From positions 1-29,204 of the forward strand of contig RHPI01001719.1 of the NCBI GenBank assembly GCA_009103225.1: 29,204 nucleotides of DNA, in the 5' to 3' direction. Each line of letters opens with the position of its first letter. The stretch's first letter is position 1. Below, one piece after another: positions 9,967-22,499 of this stretch. Under the pieces are notes generated by a model. The model worked only from the letters and a program-made list of their open reading frames with translations. It was not told the DNA's origin and did no database searches. The DNA is from Chlorokybus atmophyticus. Lineage: Eukaryota; Plantae; Mesostigma and Chlorokybus algae. A program made the translations under genes and the position numbers.

Positions 9967-12627
9967 ATGGCGCCCCTTGCCAATGGCAAAGAAACTGACG
10001 AGGAGACGGCTCAGCTTCTGATGCCTGTCAGCCATGGCAAGGCGGACGCCGGCAAACCGTCTGGCAAAGGCACGCCAGCACCGCAGTTTTCCAGGACCAA
10101 GCTGATCGTCTTCCTGACGCTCTACGGCTTAGCCTCCAGGTCAATATCAATCTGTTGTTTGTCTTGCTATATGGTTGGGCGTTCGACATCGTGAGTGTGG
10201 TGTTGTCTTGCCTTCGCCATGGATGAGCTTCTTGTTGATGACAGCTTGTTGAATGCCCACCAATGGGCATGCTGCAGCACTGCAATGTGTGTGTGCCGTT
10301 GTACAATGCTATTGAATTATGCGAGGCACGGATTGCATTGGCAGTGTGTCCCTTGCCGCAGCCGAGCAACGGGATGCGGAAGCGAATGCTTGCAGTGCGA
10401 TTCATGCTCTTTAGTGCTGGGGAATATCTTGCTTATGCTCTAGATATCTGATCAAATAAGAATCCATCAAACCAGCGTGACAAAGTTGCAACAGCATATG
10501 TTACACGTTACCAACACTTACACGTGTCAGTGCATCTACCACATTTCAGAGCATGTCAGTCTGCTCACCTATGTCTTTGTTTGTGCCCATGGCAGTGTCA
10601 TGTTGGTTTTCAACCGCGCTGCAGTCAAGTACCTGCCGGCACCCGCCTCGCTGCTGGCGCTGCAGCTGATCTCAACCGCCGTATTGGCTTATGGGTTGAA
10701 GACGACAGGAGCTGTTGAAGCAGATTCTCTGGAATTCGGCAAGGTAGGTGTCTTCCTGCAGCTACATTGCCAGTTGTCATGGCCAAGCATGTAGTGTGCA
10801 TATTGCAAAGCCAAATGTGCCTGTAAACAAGTTGGGCTAGACATGCTCGTCACGGTTGCAGCCATAACACTTCATGCCCTGCTGCAATGCAGTGACAATG
10901 ACTATGCTGTACTAATTGAATTTTCTGTTACTCATCATGCATGTCCTGCTGGTTGTAGCCAAACCCCGATCCGTGGCAACGTATACCAAAAAGTTAGTTC
11001 ATAGCAGCATGCAACGGGCTAGAATTGGGATGTTCGGTTTCAAATCGGAGAGTGGGGCCATGGTGGTCAGGGCAAGGACTGCTGCACATAGTCGTGGTCA
11101 CCAGAGCACAGCATGCAGAGTGTAAATAAATAGCACTGCAACCTGTCTCACATCAAACTGTGGTCGACACTGCATGCTGTTTCGTAGATCAAGTCTTGCC
11201 TTCCATGTTGGTCTCTAGTTCGTCCCTGAAAAACACACATCGAAACTTTGAACTGTTCTTGCAGGCAAAGGCTTTCTTTGGAGTGGCAGTGCTGTTCCTT
11301 TGCACCATCTTCACCAACATCAAGACGCTTCAACATGCGAATGTCAACACCTTCATTGTGTTTCGATCATCAACACCATTCCTCATTGCCCTGCTGGACT
11401 ACTGGTTCCTTGGCCGCGAGTTGCCCTCACTGCGTTCTTGGGGTTCTCTGCTGGCGATATTTGGTGGAGCGTTTGTTTATGTGATGGCTGAGCACGGCAT
11501 CCCCTCCGTTGCCCTTGGTTGGGCTTGCTTATGGTAAGTGGACCTGTGGTCGTCCATGCATGGTGCATGCCTCAACAATACATGCACCATGCACGAGCTG
11601 TCTTGCACATGTCTGCTTTGCCATTGCAGGTGCATAGCACACACACACACACTTGGTGTGTGTACTTAGTTACGCATTGATTACACTTTGACACTGTAAA
11701 GGTGGTGATAATGTGATAACAGACCATGATTTGAATCTTGGCGAACGTCCTTGCTGCCATCTGTTCATAGTGTCGTATCGGCATGTACACACAGCTAAAC
11801 CCTGTGCCTCCAGTAGCACTGAACACCTTTTGTGGCACACACCAGGTTCACCACCTTTGCTGTGGACATGGTGTACATCAAGCACATCGTGGACACGGTT
11901 CCCATGAAGCCTTGGGGCCGTGTCTACTACCAGAACACGCTTGCTCTGCCCCTGCTGCTTGTGGTCTTCTTCATAGGTGGCGAGTATGCGGTAAGCATGC
12001 AGTTGGCACTTTGTAGAAAATTAATACAGCAGTGATTTGAATGTATTGTGAATATGGCCTGTCGTGCTTTGCAGATCGTAGGCCAGCCTTGGGATGCTCG
12101 CGCTCTTTTCGTGGTGGCGGGCTCGTGCGCATGCGGTGCTGCCCTCTGCTACACTGGCTTTGAGCTGAGGGCGATGGTGTCCGCAACCACTTACACTGTC
12201 ATTGGCATCGCGTCAAAGGTGCGAGATTGCTGAAGGTCTCTGGGTTATGGCATGTTGTTGTCAAGGGGCGTCGATAATCAGTTGCAATAGTTGCATGTGC
12301 ATTCTGCTACCTTGCTTGGCATCATGGAGGCGGCGTACAAGCAGAGTCTGCCACACATAGACACTTACTGTCCGGATCTGGATGCACTTAGGCTGACACA
12401 GCCTGAACAAATGCCAAACTATAGTGTGAGAGTCTCCATGATCATCAGCGGATAGTGCTGTTGAGCATAAACTATCGTGATACATGCAGGTGGCCAGTTC
12501 TCTGATTTCAGCTGTGGCTTTGACTGAGGGCGCAACGCCTCTAGGCATTCTGGGCTTGGCTCTTTGCATCATTGCCAGCACCTTCTACCAGCAAGCTCCC
12601 AAGCGAGCACTGTTGAATACAAGTTGA
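9967..12627 (+). CDS. Golgi nucleotide-sugar (GDP-fucose/GDP-mannose) transporter, GONST3/GONST4-like, 6 exons, 338 aa
   Basis: join(9967..10139,10596..10743,11265..11533,11846..11990,12075..12218,12490..12627) = 1017 nt in frame. Motifs: SSVMLVFNRAA, IFTNIKTLQHANVNTFIVFRSSTP, DMVYIKHIV, GRVYYQN, SATTYTVIGIASK, YQQAPKR. Confidence 0.9.
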
Positions 12628-13722
12628 CTAGTGCGGACCGCCAAGGGCCCTGCTTTGCATAAACTGTAGCTCCATCATGTCATCATAGCATTGTGCTAGC
12701 GTGCAGCAGAGTCATTGGCACAGGGCAGACCCTGTTATCTCTGCATGGCATAGGAGCCATCATATGTTATGGCGCTGCATAGGTAATGATATATGCTCCA
12801 GGCGCAGCTTGCTGATAAGTACGATTGCGAAGTGTCGCCTTAGAAACAGATGTGGTGTTTAGCTTCTGTTGTTGTTGTTAGCGCTGAAGGTTACCCTACT
12901 ACAACCTACAGCTGTTGTTGCGCGGCAGTGATAGTGTCTGCAAAGTGTGACGCGCGTGGTGTGCTTATACGCATATTGTCCTGCATGTCTCATTGTCACG
13001 TGGAGCCTTCCTGATCGCTGCGTCTGCCAATCAACGCATGTCTACTGTTGTTAACTCTAACAAGAGACAGATGGAGCAAAGTTGGACTTTCATGATAATG
13101 TGTCGACTATGTGTACAGAATATCCACGTGATGTGTGCAACATGCACAACACATGCATAGACACTTACCATAACCACACTCACCTCCATCATGACCACCG
13201 GGCTAGGTGCACACTACCTACTACTGACTTCACTATTCTACTGCCCAACTCTGTCAGCCTGCAAGCATGCATTACCATAGGCATCATTAGCGGAAACGGC
13301 ACTAGTTCTCAAGTGTGACAATCCAGAAATTGGCGGCCAATTGTATGGTTGACGCTGGTCAGCAAGCTTCCACTTTACTCAAGTTTACAACACAGTTGCC
13401 AAGGTGCAGGTCTGGTCATAACAGCATAGCTGATCTCTTTCTTAGACAGCATTCAATGCGCTCAACTAGTCAGTTGCGAGTTGTAAGTCTCTGTTGACAG
13501 CGGCGCAGCGTAGCAATGCAGCATCAGTTGCCTGTGATGGCCACAAGTCAAAGTAGCCCCTCAAGGCAGGTACCCCTCATGTCCTCACCTACGTAAGCTA
13601 TGTCACGGGTACAAACTTGCACAGCCCGCTGGTTACAGCTTTACAGACACTTGCTATGGACAGACACAATACGGATATCAACGTCAACCATAGCGCAACT
13701 CCTGGTGTCACAAGATATATTG

Positions 13723-14331
13723 TCAACAGGAATCAGTGTCCCTTCTCAAACTACTACTGCTGCACTGCTGATAACCGCACCATCTCCAATCAGCAGTGGC
13801 AGGTAGCTGCTTGTCATCTGCCGCCAGCAGCTGCTTCAGACCTGCCTGCTGCTCCATCTCAGCAGCACTACAACAAGCAGGCGTCCCACACGCATGCCTG
13901 GCGCACCAAATACCGAGTGTAATATTAGTCGCCCACGCGTGCGTTGCTGCTTACTGTGCACAACTTCTACATGAAACCATGGTTGCTAACACGTGCATAG
14001 CTTGCACAATGTAGACCGTAAGCAGCGCTCACCAGCAACCAGTTGCTATGGCATGCTGTGCTATGCTTCAACGCTTGCCACAAACAGTTATGAGCTGATC
14101 GCTTGCTCACCTTGCATTTGTTGCGGTGGACAGCAGCGGTGAAGCAGCGAAGGAGAGATGGGGGCCTGGACCTGACTGCGGCGGCAAGCCTGGGCGAGAG
14201 GCTGCAAGTGTGGAGAAGCCTTGGCGCTGCTTGTGCTTACGGGCCTTGCTGCAGACGACGTACAGCCTGCCCCGCCGCCTCACAAACCTGCAGCCGTCGC
14301 AAATCTTCTTCACCGCCGCCCTCACCTTCAT
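13723..14331 (-). CDS. RPL36: Nuclear-encoded mitochondrial ribosomal protein L36 (bL36m) with plant-type C-terminal extension
   Basis: complement(join(13723..13867,14111..14331)). [38 protein letters not shown] is a canonical Zn-binding bL36, followed by FSTLA... and an exon-2 segment QAGLKQLL...DWRW. The exact 3' end is less certain. Confidence 0.88.
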
Positions 14332-14579
14332 CCCCCCGGCACTCCCCGACGCTGCCGCCGCCGCAGCCCGACCCTCGCCTAACCAGCTCCAGCCCAGCCT
14401 GGTGGCGTTTCCTTTGCACTAGCCTGGCCAGGCCCGGAGTGGATGAGTATAGTCCCGCCGGTTGCTCCTCGCCACCGCCTCCGCCGCCTCCACCTGGCCT
14501 GGCTGCTTAGTATAGTGCGGCCTGGCGTAACTGGGCTTGGCCTGATGGTAGCGGTGGCGGTGGCGGTGACGGTGGCGAC

Positions 14580-17500
14580 ATGCACAAGCGGCACAAGGCG
14601 CGCAGCAAGGGGAGCGGCGGCAAGGGTCTGAGGCGGCGTGGCGATCGGGGGGCAGGGGAAGGCGGAGTTGAGGGCGATGGCGCCGTTGATGGAGCTGGCG
14701 AGGACGGCAGCGGGCGCCGGGGTGGAGCCGCAGGTCTTGCCTTTAGCGAGCAGCAGCAGGAGCGTCTTGGAGAGCTCACTGCTATGTAAGCAAGCAAGCA
14801 AGCATTGTTACTGCCAGCTGACCGCAAGCATTCCAGTGCTGCTGGCATTGATTGCATGTGGTGCACCACCATTTTGTCGCTCAGCGGTCAACTTGATTGC
14901 TTACAACAATTGGACTTGTGCGTTACGTTGCTGATTCCATTCAACGCTGTCACGATGAGCACTGGTCAATGCATTGCTGTGTCACAAGCGCTGCGTGCAT
15001 GTTGTGACACAGTATCCAGTTCACTGGCAGCTGGCATGTTGATTCGGTGCAATCTTCCACAGTAGCTATACACTGACTATTGCACAGTGAGTCTGTTACT
15101 TCCAGCTTGATGCTTGCCTGAATTGTCTGCGCTGTTAGGTCGGCGATCTACCAGGATGACTTCCATCTCTACAAGGATGGCTCTGAGGCGGAGTACAGCA
15201 TTACAGTCGTGTAAGCACCGCAAGCAGACGAACGTGCGCCCCCCNNNNNNNNNNNNNNNNNNNNNNNNNNNNNNNNNNNNNNNNNNNNNNNNNNNNNNNN
15301 NNNNNNNNNNNNNNNNNNNNNNNNNNNNNNNNNNNNNNNNNNNNNNNNNNNNNNNNNNNNNNNNNNNNNNNNNNNNNNNNNNNNNNNNNNNNNNNNNNNN
15401 NNNNNNNNNNNNNNNNNNNNNNNNNNNNNNNNNNNNNNNNNNNNNNNNNNNNNNNNNNNNNNNNNNNNNNNNNNNNNNNNNNNNNNNNNNNNNNNNNNNN
15501 NNNNNNNNNNNNNNNNNNNNNNNNNNNNNNNNNNNNNNNNNNNNNNNNNNNNNNNNNNNNNNNNNNNNNNNNNNNNNNNNNNNNNNNNNNNNNNNNNNNN
15601 NNNNNNNNNNNNNNNNNNNNNNNNNNNNNNNNNNNNNNNNNNNNNNNNNNNNNNNNNNNNNNNNNNNNNNNNNNNNNNNNNNNNNNNNNNNNNNNNNNNN
15701 NNNNNNNNNNNNNNNNNNNNNNNNNNNNNNNNNNNNNNNNNNNNNNNNNNNNNNNNNNNNNNNNNNNNNNNNNNNNNNNNNNNNNNNNNNNNNNNNNNNN
15801 NNNNNNNNNNNNNNNNNNNNNNNNNNNNNNNNNNNNNNNNNNNNNNNNNNNNNNNNNNNNNNNNNNNNNNNNNNNNNNNNNNNNNNNNNNNNNNNNNNNN
15901 NNNNNNNNNNNNNNNNNNNNNNNNNNNNNNNNACCACCCCACCCACCCACCAACACTACCACCACCACCACCACCCATGCATGCGCTCTGTCTCTGTCTG
16001 TCTCAATCCAGCTTGGTTGCAATTCCTTCGCCCAACCCAACCGCTTATGACATTCAAGCTGAGAACCTCAGTAGTTCTAGCCACCCAGCCCAGGCATGTA
16101 GGAAAATTCCAAGTTGAACACCTTAGCAAGCCTTCAGCAGCTATCACCATAGTTGCTGATACAGCTTGTGTGCAGGCCGCATCCGGGCGACCCGTCATCA
16201 GACAGCAATCATGTTGCAGTTGAGCTGTTCGTCCGGTAAGTGCCAGTGGCAATTTCCTTGCAGCAACAAACGCAACAATGTTGGCGACTCATTGTTGTGT
16301 GCCGCCCTGCAGCTATGTACCTGGTTACCCGGCAAAGCCTCCCCGACTGCGCATCAAAGCCATACGTGGTTTGGAAGCCCATCAAGTGGACCGATTGCAA
16401 ACGATGCTGGCAAAACAGGTTGGTGCATTGCCACAGTATGCTTCCTGCGCACGCATCTGGTGCGCAGGATATACCTTATGCCACAATTATTTGGCACATT
16501 GTAACGAGGATGTGAAGACTGTGAGTGCATGCACATGTGCCTTTGCTTGTTGATGGTTTGGTTGAGCACAGCAGCTTTGTTCGCACTTTTACGCTGGTTA
16601 AAGCGTAGGCATCGGCAATTGCGCAAGAGCGGAGGGTAATGGTGTTCAGCCTTGTGGAGCTCTGCCAGGAGTTCCTCGCTGAGCACAATGTCGGCAAGGA
16701 GGCGTTGGTTCCCGCTAAGCACAATGACAATATTGGTGACAAGGAGCTCTCTCTGTGGGACAAGATGCAGGTGTTTTTGACAACCAATCAGAACATTTGC
16801 GGCTGGTGTGTGGGGTTATGAATGAGACTTTGTGCTTAACAGAAGCTGCTATTGACAGGAGCGCGCAATTGTAACTGGGTCAATTGTCAGTGCAGTAAGC
16901 GGTTACACCACGGGCAGCGCACTGGCCTCAACCACAGGTTAGCATTGTTGCTCAGACCATAAGCACCTACCTGTGTTGCCTGTTCTGCAAGTAAGCCGTC
17001 ATCAAGCATGGTTTGATGGAATGCTAATTGGTGGTCCTGCTGCTAGACGCGAGTGACTATGCTTATGGCGACAGCGTGCATGCCGATCTGCTCTCTGATG
17101 GAGAGGACTCCACTGAGAGGCAGCAGCCAGCCACAACCAGCTTGGGTAAGTTGGACTTTACTGAACATTGCACTATTGTTGGTCCACTCATACCAAACCA
17201 AATCTAGCAGCTAACGCCGTTCTCGTGCAGGTATATCTGCCATTGGTTTGAGTGAGCGAATTCAGCAGAAGCCTGCGGACATGCCATTGAGGAAAGACCT
17301 CAAAGCAAAGGCAAAGGACGGGAAGCACTCTCCGACTTTGCATGAGGATTCACGTAGCAGCAGCATGATGGAAGGCGTTACCGAATTGATTCGTGGACTG
17401 CGAGCAGGAATCTCTTTCTTCGGCCGTGTGGTGATGGGACAGGTATGCACGTTACTTTACACATGGGTTGCTGATAGCGTTGAATGCGTTACCATGGGTC

Positions 17501-20500
17501 TGCTGAATTATTTGGACATGCGCATGTAACCCAGTCATGTGCATGAAATCATCAGCAGGCCAAGGGTAGCGCATGTGGGGACCCATTTGCACATTCACAG
17601 CTGATGTGTGCGAGCAGTAAGATTTCTTAAATTGCACTTGAAGCCATCACCACACATAATTACGCCGATATGAGCATCTGCATGGTGGCCATGTGCTGTT
17701 GCGCATACCGGCTGACTCTACCTCGTGAATAGAAAAGTGAAGGGGTCCCTGCAGAGCGATCCTTGGAGCTGTCCGGAGAAGAGGAGAGGGCTTTGCGCAA
17801 GGACTTGGTGCTCGGCCAATTGCTGCGGCTTGTGTGCGGCGGGGCGGGCAGGCTGCCGCACATGCTGCCCGCACTCGCAGCCCAACTGCATACATTGGGG
17901 GTATTGCCATGATGTGGATTGCTTCGCCTTGCCGTTCTGTCGTGTGAACTGGACATATTTGCATTGTGTAGTTCATGCTACTGTGTGCGCTACATAGGTT
18001 CTGCCCTCCTGGCTTACCGAGCTGGTCACTCAACGACCCACCATCTTTGACCGCGTGTTCCGCCGTGTGTTCAAGCGTGAGTTGACTGCCCCGAAGGACG
18101 ACCTTGAGGACTCCGCTGTACGAAGCCACCACTGTTGGTGTTGTGTTTGAGGTCTTGCCAACCAACCTCACGTATCTCTGCTTCTCGTTTTAGGTGAAAT
18201 GGGCGCTGCAGAGGTTCTGGCGCTCAAGACCTGAGCCGTCAATTGCTGAGAGCGAAGGAGGTGGCGATGGCGGGCGCTACCTCAACGACTTTGAGGAGGA
18301 GTGTCTTCTGGGGCGCGGTAGCTACGGGTCTGTCGTCCTGGCCACGAACAAGCTTGATGGCCGCAAGTATGCCATCAAGAAGATTGCGCTGTCGGCGCAT
18401 CGGCCCCTCCTCAACTCCAAGATACTGCGCGAGGTGGCCACGCTCAGCCGGCTTCAGCACCAGAGCGTCGTCAGGTACTATCAGGCCTGGATAGGCCGCG
18501 GAGTTGGCTGCCTCAGCGGGGTGGAGTCTGATGATGTTGATGACGAGTTCGGCGAGTTTGACGATGACGAGTCAGCATCTTCATCATCGCAGTCTGATGT
18601 TGGTAGTGATGAGGATGAGTCTGCCGTTGGAGACTCCCACAAGCGCGACATACAGTACCTGTACATACAGATGGAGTACTGCATGCGCACTCTTAGGGAT
18701 GTCCTTGACGAGAGGGATCCGAGGGATGCCGTCGACAAAGACCTCGTCTGGCGGCAGTTCCGGCAGATCGCCGAAGGCCTTGTACATATACACGCGCAAC
18801 AAATCATTCACCGCGATCTGAAGCCATCAAACATCTTCAGTGACTCCCGAGGGGACATCAAGATTGGCGACTTTGGGCTCGCAAAGTTCTCGGGCTTGGA
18901 AGTTTTGGCGGAGCAGCAGTCTACTGAGCCCGACACGGGTGCCACCAATGTCGCACATGTTGGAGAGGAAGCTCTTGACTACCTCGCTTCTGCAAATGAA
19001 AGCACCGGCCCAGTCGGCACCTTTTTCTACACCGGTATGGGGTCCAACCATAGTGGCTTCATTCATGCTGTCTTGCACAACACAAAGCTGATGTCTGGTC
19101 TTCGACTGTCCGCAGCGCCGGAGATAGAAAAGGGCTGGGCGCACGTTTCAGAAAAGGTATTGAGGCACTTGCATGCAATCAGACAAAGGTGCACTTGTGG
19201 GTTGAAGCCATGACCAGCAACACCATAGCAAGTTGCTAAAGCAATCCTGCGCGGTTGTGCAGGTGGACATGTACAGTCTGGGAATCATTTGCTTCGAGCT
19301 CTGGCAGGTGGGAAAGCTATGTTGATGCTGTGATTATTGCATAGCATGAGGGTTGTTGTTCAGTGACTCATGAAGTTCATGTCAATGCTCTGCGCACGCA
19401 ACACAGCCTTTCGCAACTGCCATGGAGCGTGCTGTTACGTTGAGTGAACTGAAGCAGCGGCAAGCCCTCCCCGAAAGATTTGTTGCTGCTTATCCCCAGC
19501 AAGCTGCCATCATAAGATGGCTTGTAGCTGACAATCCAGCAAACAGGTACAATCATGATGCTCTTTCAGCTCCTGCATGTACTCTTTTAGCTCCTGCTTT
19601 GCATCATGGTCTGCCCACACACAGAGTGTGCATACAGGCCGTCAGCATCGGAGCTGCTGCGCAGCGATTACATGCCTCCACGCATGGAGGACGAGTACCT
19701 GAATGATGTCCTGCGCTCCCTGTCCAACACAGAGGACCACGCCGTCAACAATGTCTTTGATCGCGTCGTGGAGACGCTCTTTGCGCAAGAGCGGGCCGCT
19801 GACAGTGTTACCCTTCAAGATGACGTCTCTCACCATCCCCCTCAGGTTGACTGTTGTTGTATTGCCCGCAATCAGTAATCTGCTTATGATGTGCATTTGG
19901 CAGATGGCGTACGTGCTTGCTCGCGAACGTGTATTGCACAGCCTCGAAGAGACTTTTCGCAGGCACGGGGCTTTACCGCTGGCATCCCGCCACATTGACA
20001 GGTCAGAGAGCACTCTCATGCTTGCGCTCATGCGTGTTACGGGCGTGTGAGCGTGCATGTCCCAAAGGTCAGTGTTTATGACATGCAGTTTGGTGATGGC
20101 AGGTTGCACGAGTGCCATCGGCTGCACGCCGACGCGGTGCGCGTACTTGATCAGAGCGGCACCGTGCTCGGACTGCGATATGAGATGCGCGAGGCGTTCG
20201 CGAAGCATGTGGTGGAGTCACAAACGACCAACCTCAAGCGCTACGAGGTGTCGAAGGTGTACCGCCGCGGCATTGGCAGGGGCCGCCCGAAAGACTACTT
20301 CCAGGCGGACTTTGACATCATCGGACTTGGACGTGCTCTTGCTGATGCAGAGGTGCTCAAGACCGCCACCGATGTACTCAACGACTTTCCTGAGATGGGA
20401 GAGTATGAGGTATGGGGCATTGTGGCGTGTTGTGCGTTGCATTGCGTTCTTAGCTACATTGTGTGCTGTATGTTGTCATCTGCTGTATGCAGTCAACAAT

Positions 20501-22342
20501 CTAGAGTACACTGAAGCGTACTTTGCCGTACAGCAACCTGCGACGCCACGCTTTTGAATGATCATTGCTGAATCGGCACTGCTTCTGGGAATCAATACAA
20601 CCAGATAACTGTGCGACCCAAACCACTACCATATATCCCTTTATGGTCATGTAGTGCGCTAACGCAGTGTGGCACATGCGTATGTGCCACACTACGTGTA
20701 AACAAGTACCCATGTATAACAGTACCCCACATGTAGTCATGTATGCTGCATGGTACATCACCAACATTTGGCGATAAGGCTCTGATGCATGGGATCCGCC
20801 AAGTTAACTTGCAGCTTCTGTCGTTGCAGATTCGCTTGAATCATCGGGCAGTGCTTGATGCTGTATGGGAGTGGAGCGGTGTGCCGCATGCGCTCCGACC
20901 TCGCGTGGCTGAGCTTTTGGCGCTTCTCATGCCGGCTGCGCTTGCGTCGGCTGCTCGCGCACTGGCGTGGAAGCTCATACGCCGCCAGCTCCTGGACGGG
21001 TTGAACCTGTCCGTCACGGCTGTCGATCGCCTCGAGCCGGTTGTCCTGCGCCTCGGCGGGGTGGCTGAACTGTCAATCGCACGCCTTCGTGGCGCCCTTC
21101 CAAATGGTTAGCTTTATGTTGTTACATTTGTTGGTCTAAGGCTACTTGCAAGCAAGGGACGGTCAGGTCATGTGGGACGAAGAGTTGTCGTGTATTTACT
21201 TATTGCAATGGTATTGTCAGGCAAACGAGTAGCCGCTGCCTTGGATGATTTGAGCGAGCTGGTGCGTTTGTCATCAGCGTGGGGTATTGATCCTGACAAC
21301 ATCACTGTGGACGCGTTGATGCCTCCTCACGAGCGCTATTTCACCGGCATTTTCTTCCAGATCCACACCAAGAGAGCCAAGCACCCTTCTGCCTGTGTAG
21401 CCATTGGCGGCCGATATGATGGGCTTGTGGCTAGGTACGTCACGACACAATATGTGCTGCAACAGAAATGCGGGTGGAACAGCTTATGAAACCTTGCTGT
21501 GATTTAGGTTGTGGCCCGCGGAGAGTGTTATAGGTGCACCTGGTGCTGTGGGTGTGAGCGTTGCGTGTGAGAAGCTTGCGGCAGCACGGCATCGCAACAT
21601 GTTGGAGCAGGCGGCTGCTGCGGGCGGTGCGGCCGGCAATGGCGGCCTCATGTATGATACGGACGTTCTCGTCTGCTCGCGCGGCGGTGGCGGCTTGCTT
21701 GAGCAACGCATGAGCCTGGTGAGTTTGTATGCAACAGGCAGATGGCAGGCACGGCTATCACCGGGGCGCATGGCAATTTTGTCAATGTACAGGATATGCG
21801 CGAGACAATTGGCGACATGCATGACGTCACAACAGCATCGCATACCAACCAGCATGCAAACACAGTCACATATACCACCACCGGGCTATATTGACTGCCT
21901 GTTTACCTACCACACTACCCTACTCTAGACCTCCAGTGTGCGGGGCAGACACCTGTTGAAATGTGATGGCTCTTAGGTGGCGGAGCTGTGGGCAGGCAAC
22001 ATAAAGGCGGAGATGTGCTTGTCGCCGACCCCTAGTTTGACTGAGCAGTACGAGTACGCGAACGACCGCGGCATCAAGTGGCTTGTCATACTATCCGAAG
22101 CAGAGCTGTCTGCCGCTGACAGCGTCAAGGTGGTACTAGTTATAACTTGTAAAGCGATGGAATGTGGAACATCTTGCTGGTTTGTACTGAACTACAGTAA
22201 CGCCTTTCAGATTCGTCACCTGGATCGGAAAACTGAAGAAGATGTTGCGCGCGGCGATCTGGTTAAAGTGCTCGCCAACAAGCTGGCTGGAAACATGAGT
22301 CGCAAGCATTACACTGTACATAGACGACGATCTGATAGATAG
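14580..22342 (+). CDS. GCN2: eIF2-alpha kinase GCN2 (RWD - kinase - HisRS-like - C-terminal domain), 22 exons
   Basis: Exons: 14580-14785, 15139-15210, 16176-16235, 16313-16418, 16609-16770, 16859-16937, 17047-17145, 17231-17442, 17733-17900, 17998-18117, 18194-19034, 19116-19156, 19263-19307, 19407-19546, 19638-19845, 19904-20001, 20103-20409, 20830-21106, 21221-21434, 21508-21718, 21977-22129, 22211-22342; all joins phase-consistent. RWD motifs ELTAMSAIY, YVPGYPAKPP, VMVFSLVELCQEFL; kinase motifs LGRGSYGSV, YAIKKI, IIHRDLKPSNIF, DFG, GTFFYTAPE; HisRS-like motifs LRYEMR, QADFDIIG, GGRYD. Confidence 0.95.
15245..15932. other. Assembly gap (688 N) inside GCN2 intron 2, flanked by C-rich low-complexity sequence
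   Basis: Exons 15139-15210 and 16176-16235 join in frame across the gap, so probably no coding sequence is missing. Confidence 0.9.
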
Positions 22343-22499
22343 CGTGTTGTCACAAGCTATGCCTTTTCTATACATGTACACCAAGTCCATCACGTGTATC
22401 GCACTGTAGTATACCCGACCTGGGATTGGTTGATTACGAGTAGTTAGCGACGCTACTATCTGTAAGTGATCATGTTATCTGTAAGTGATCATATCTTGT

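Noticed and set aside
12700-13700. Short ORFs between the transporter and RPL36
   Set aside because: No recognisable domains or consistent exon chain; likely convergent 3' UTR/intergenic DNA.
15077-16223. Long track ORFs across the N run
   Set aside because: Artefacts of translating Ns.
17647-18811. Antisense ORFs within GCN2, and similar ones in the helicase and transposase
   Set aside because: Shadow frames of GC-rich coding exons.
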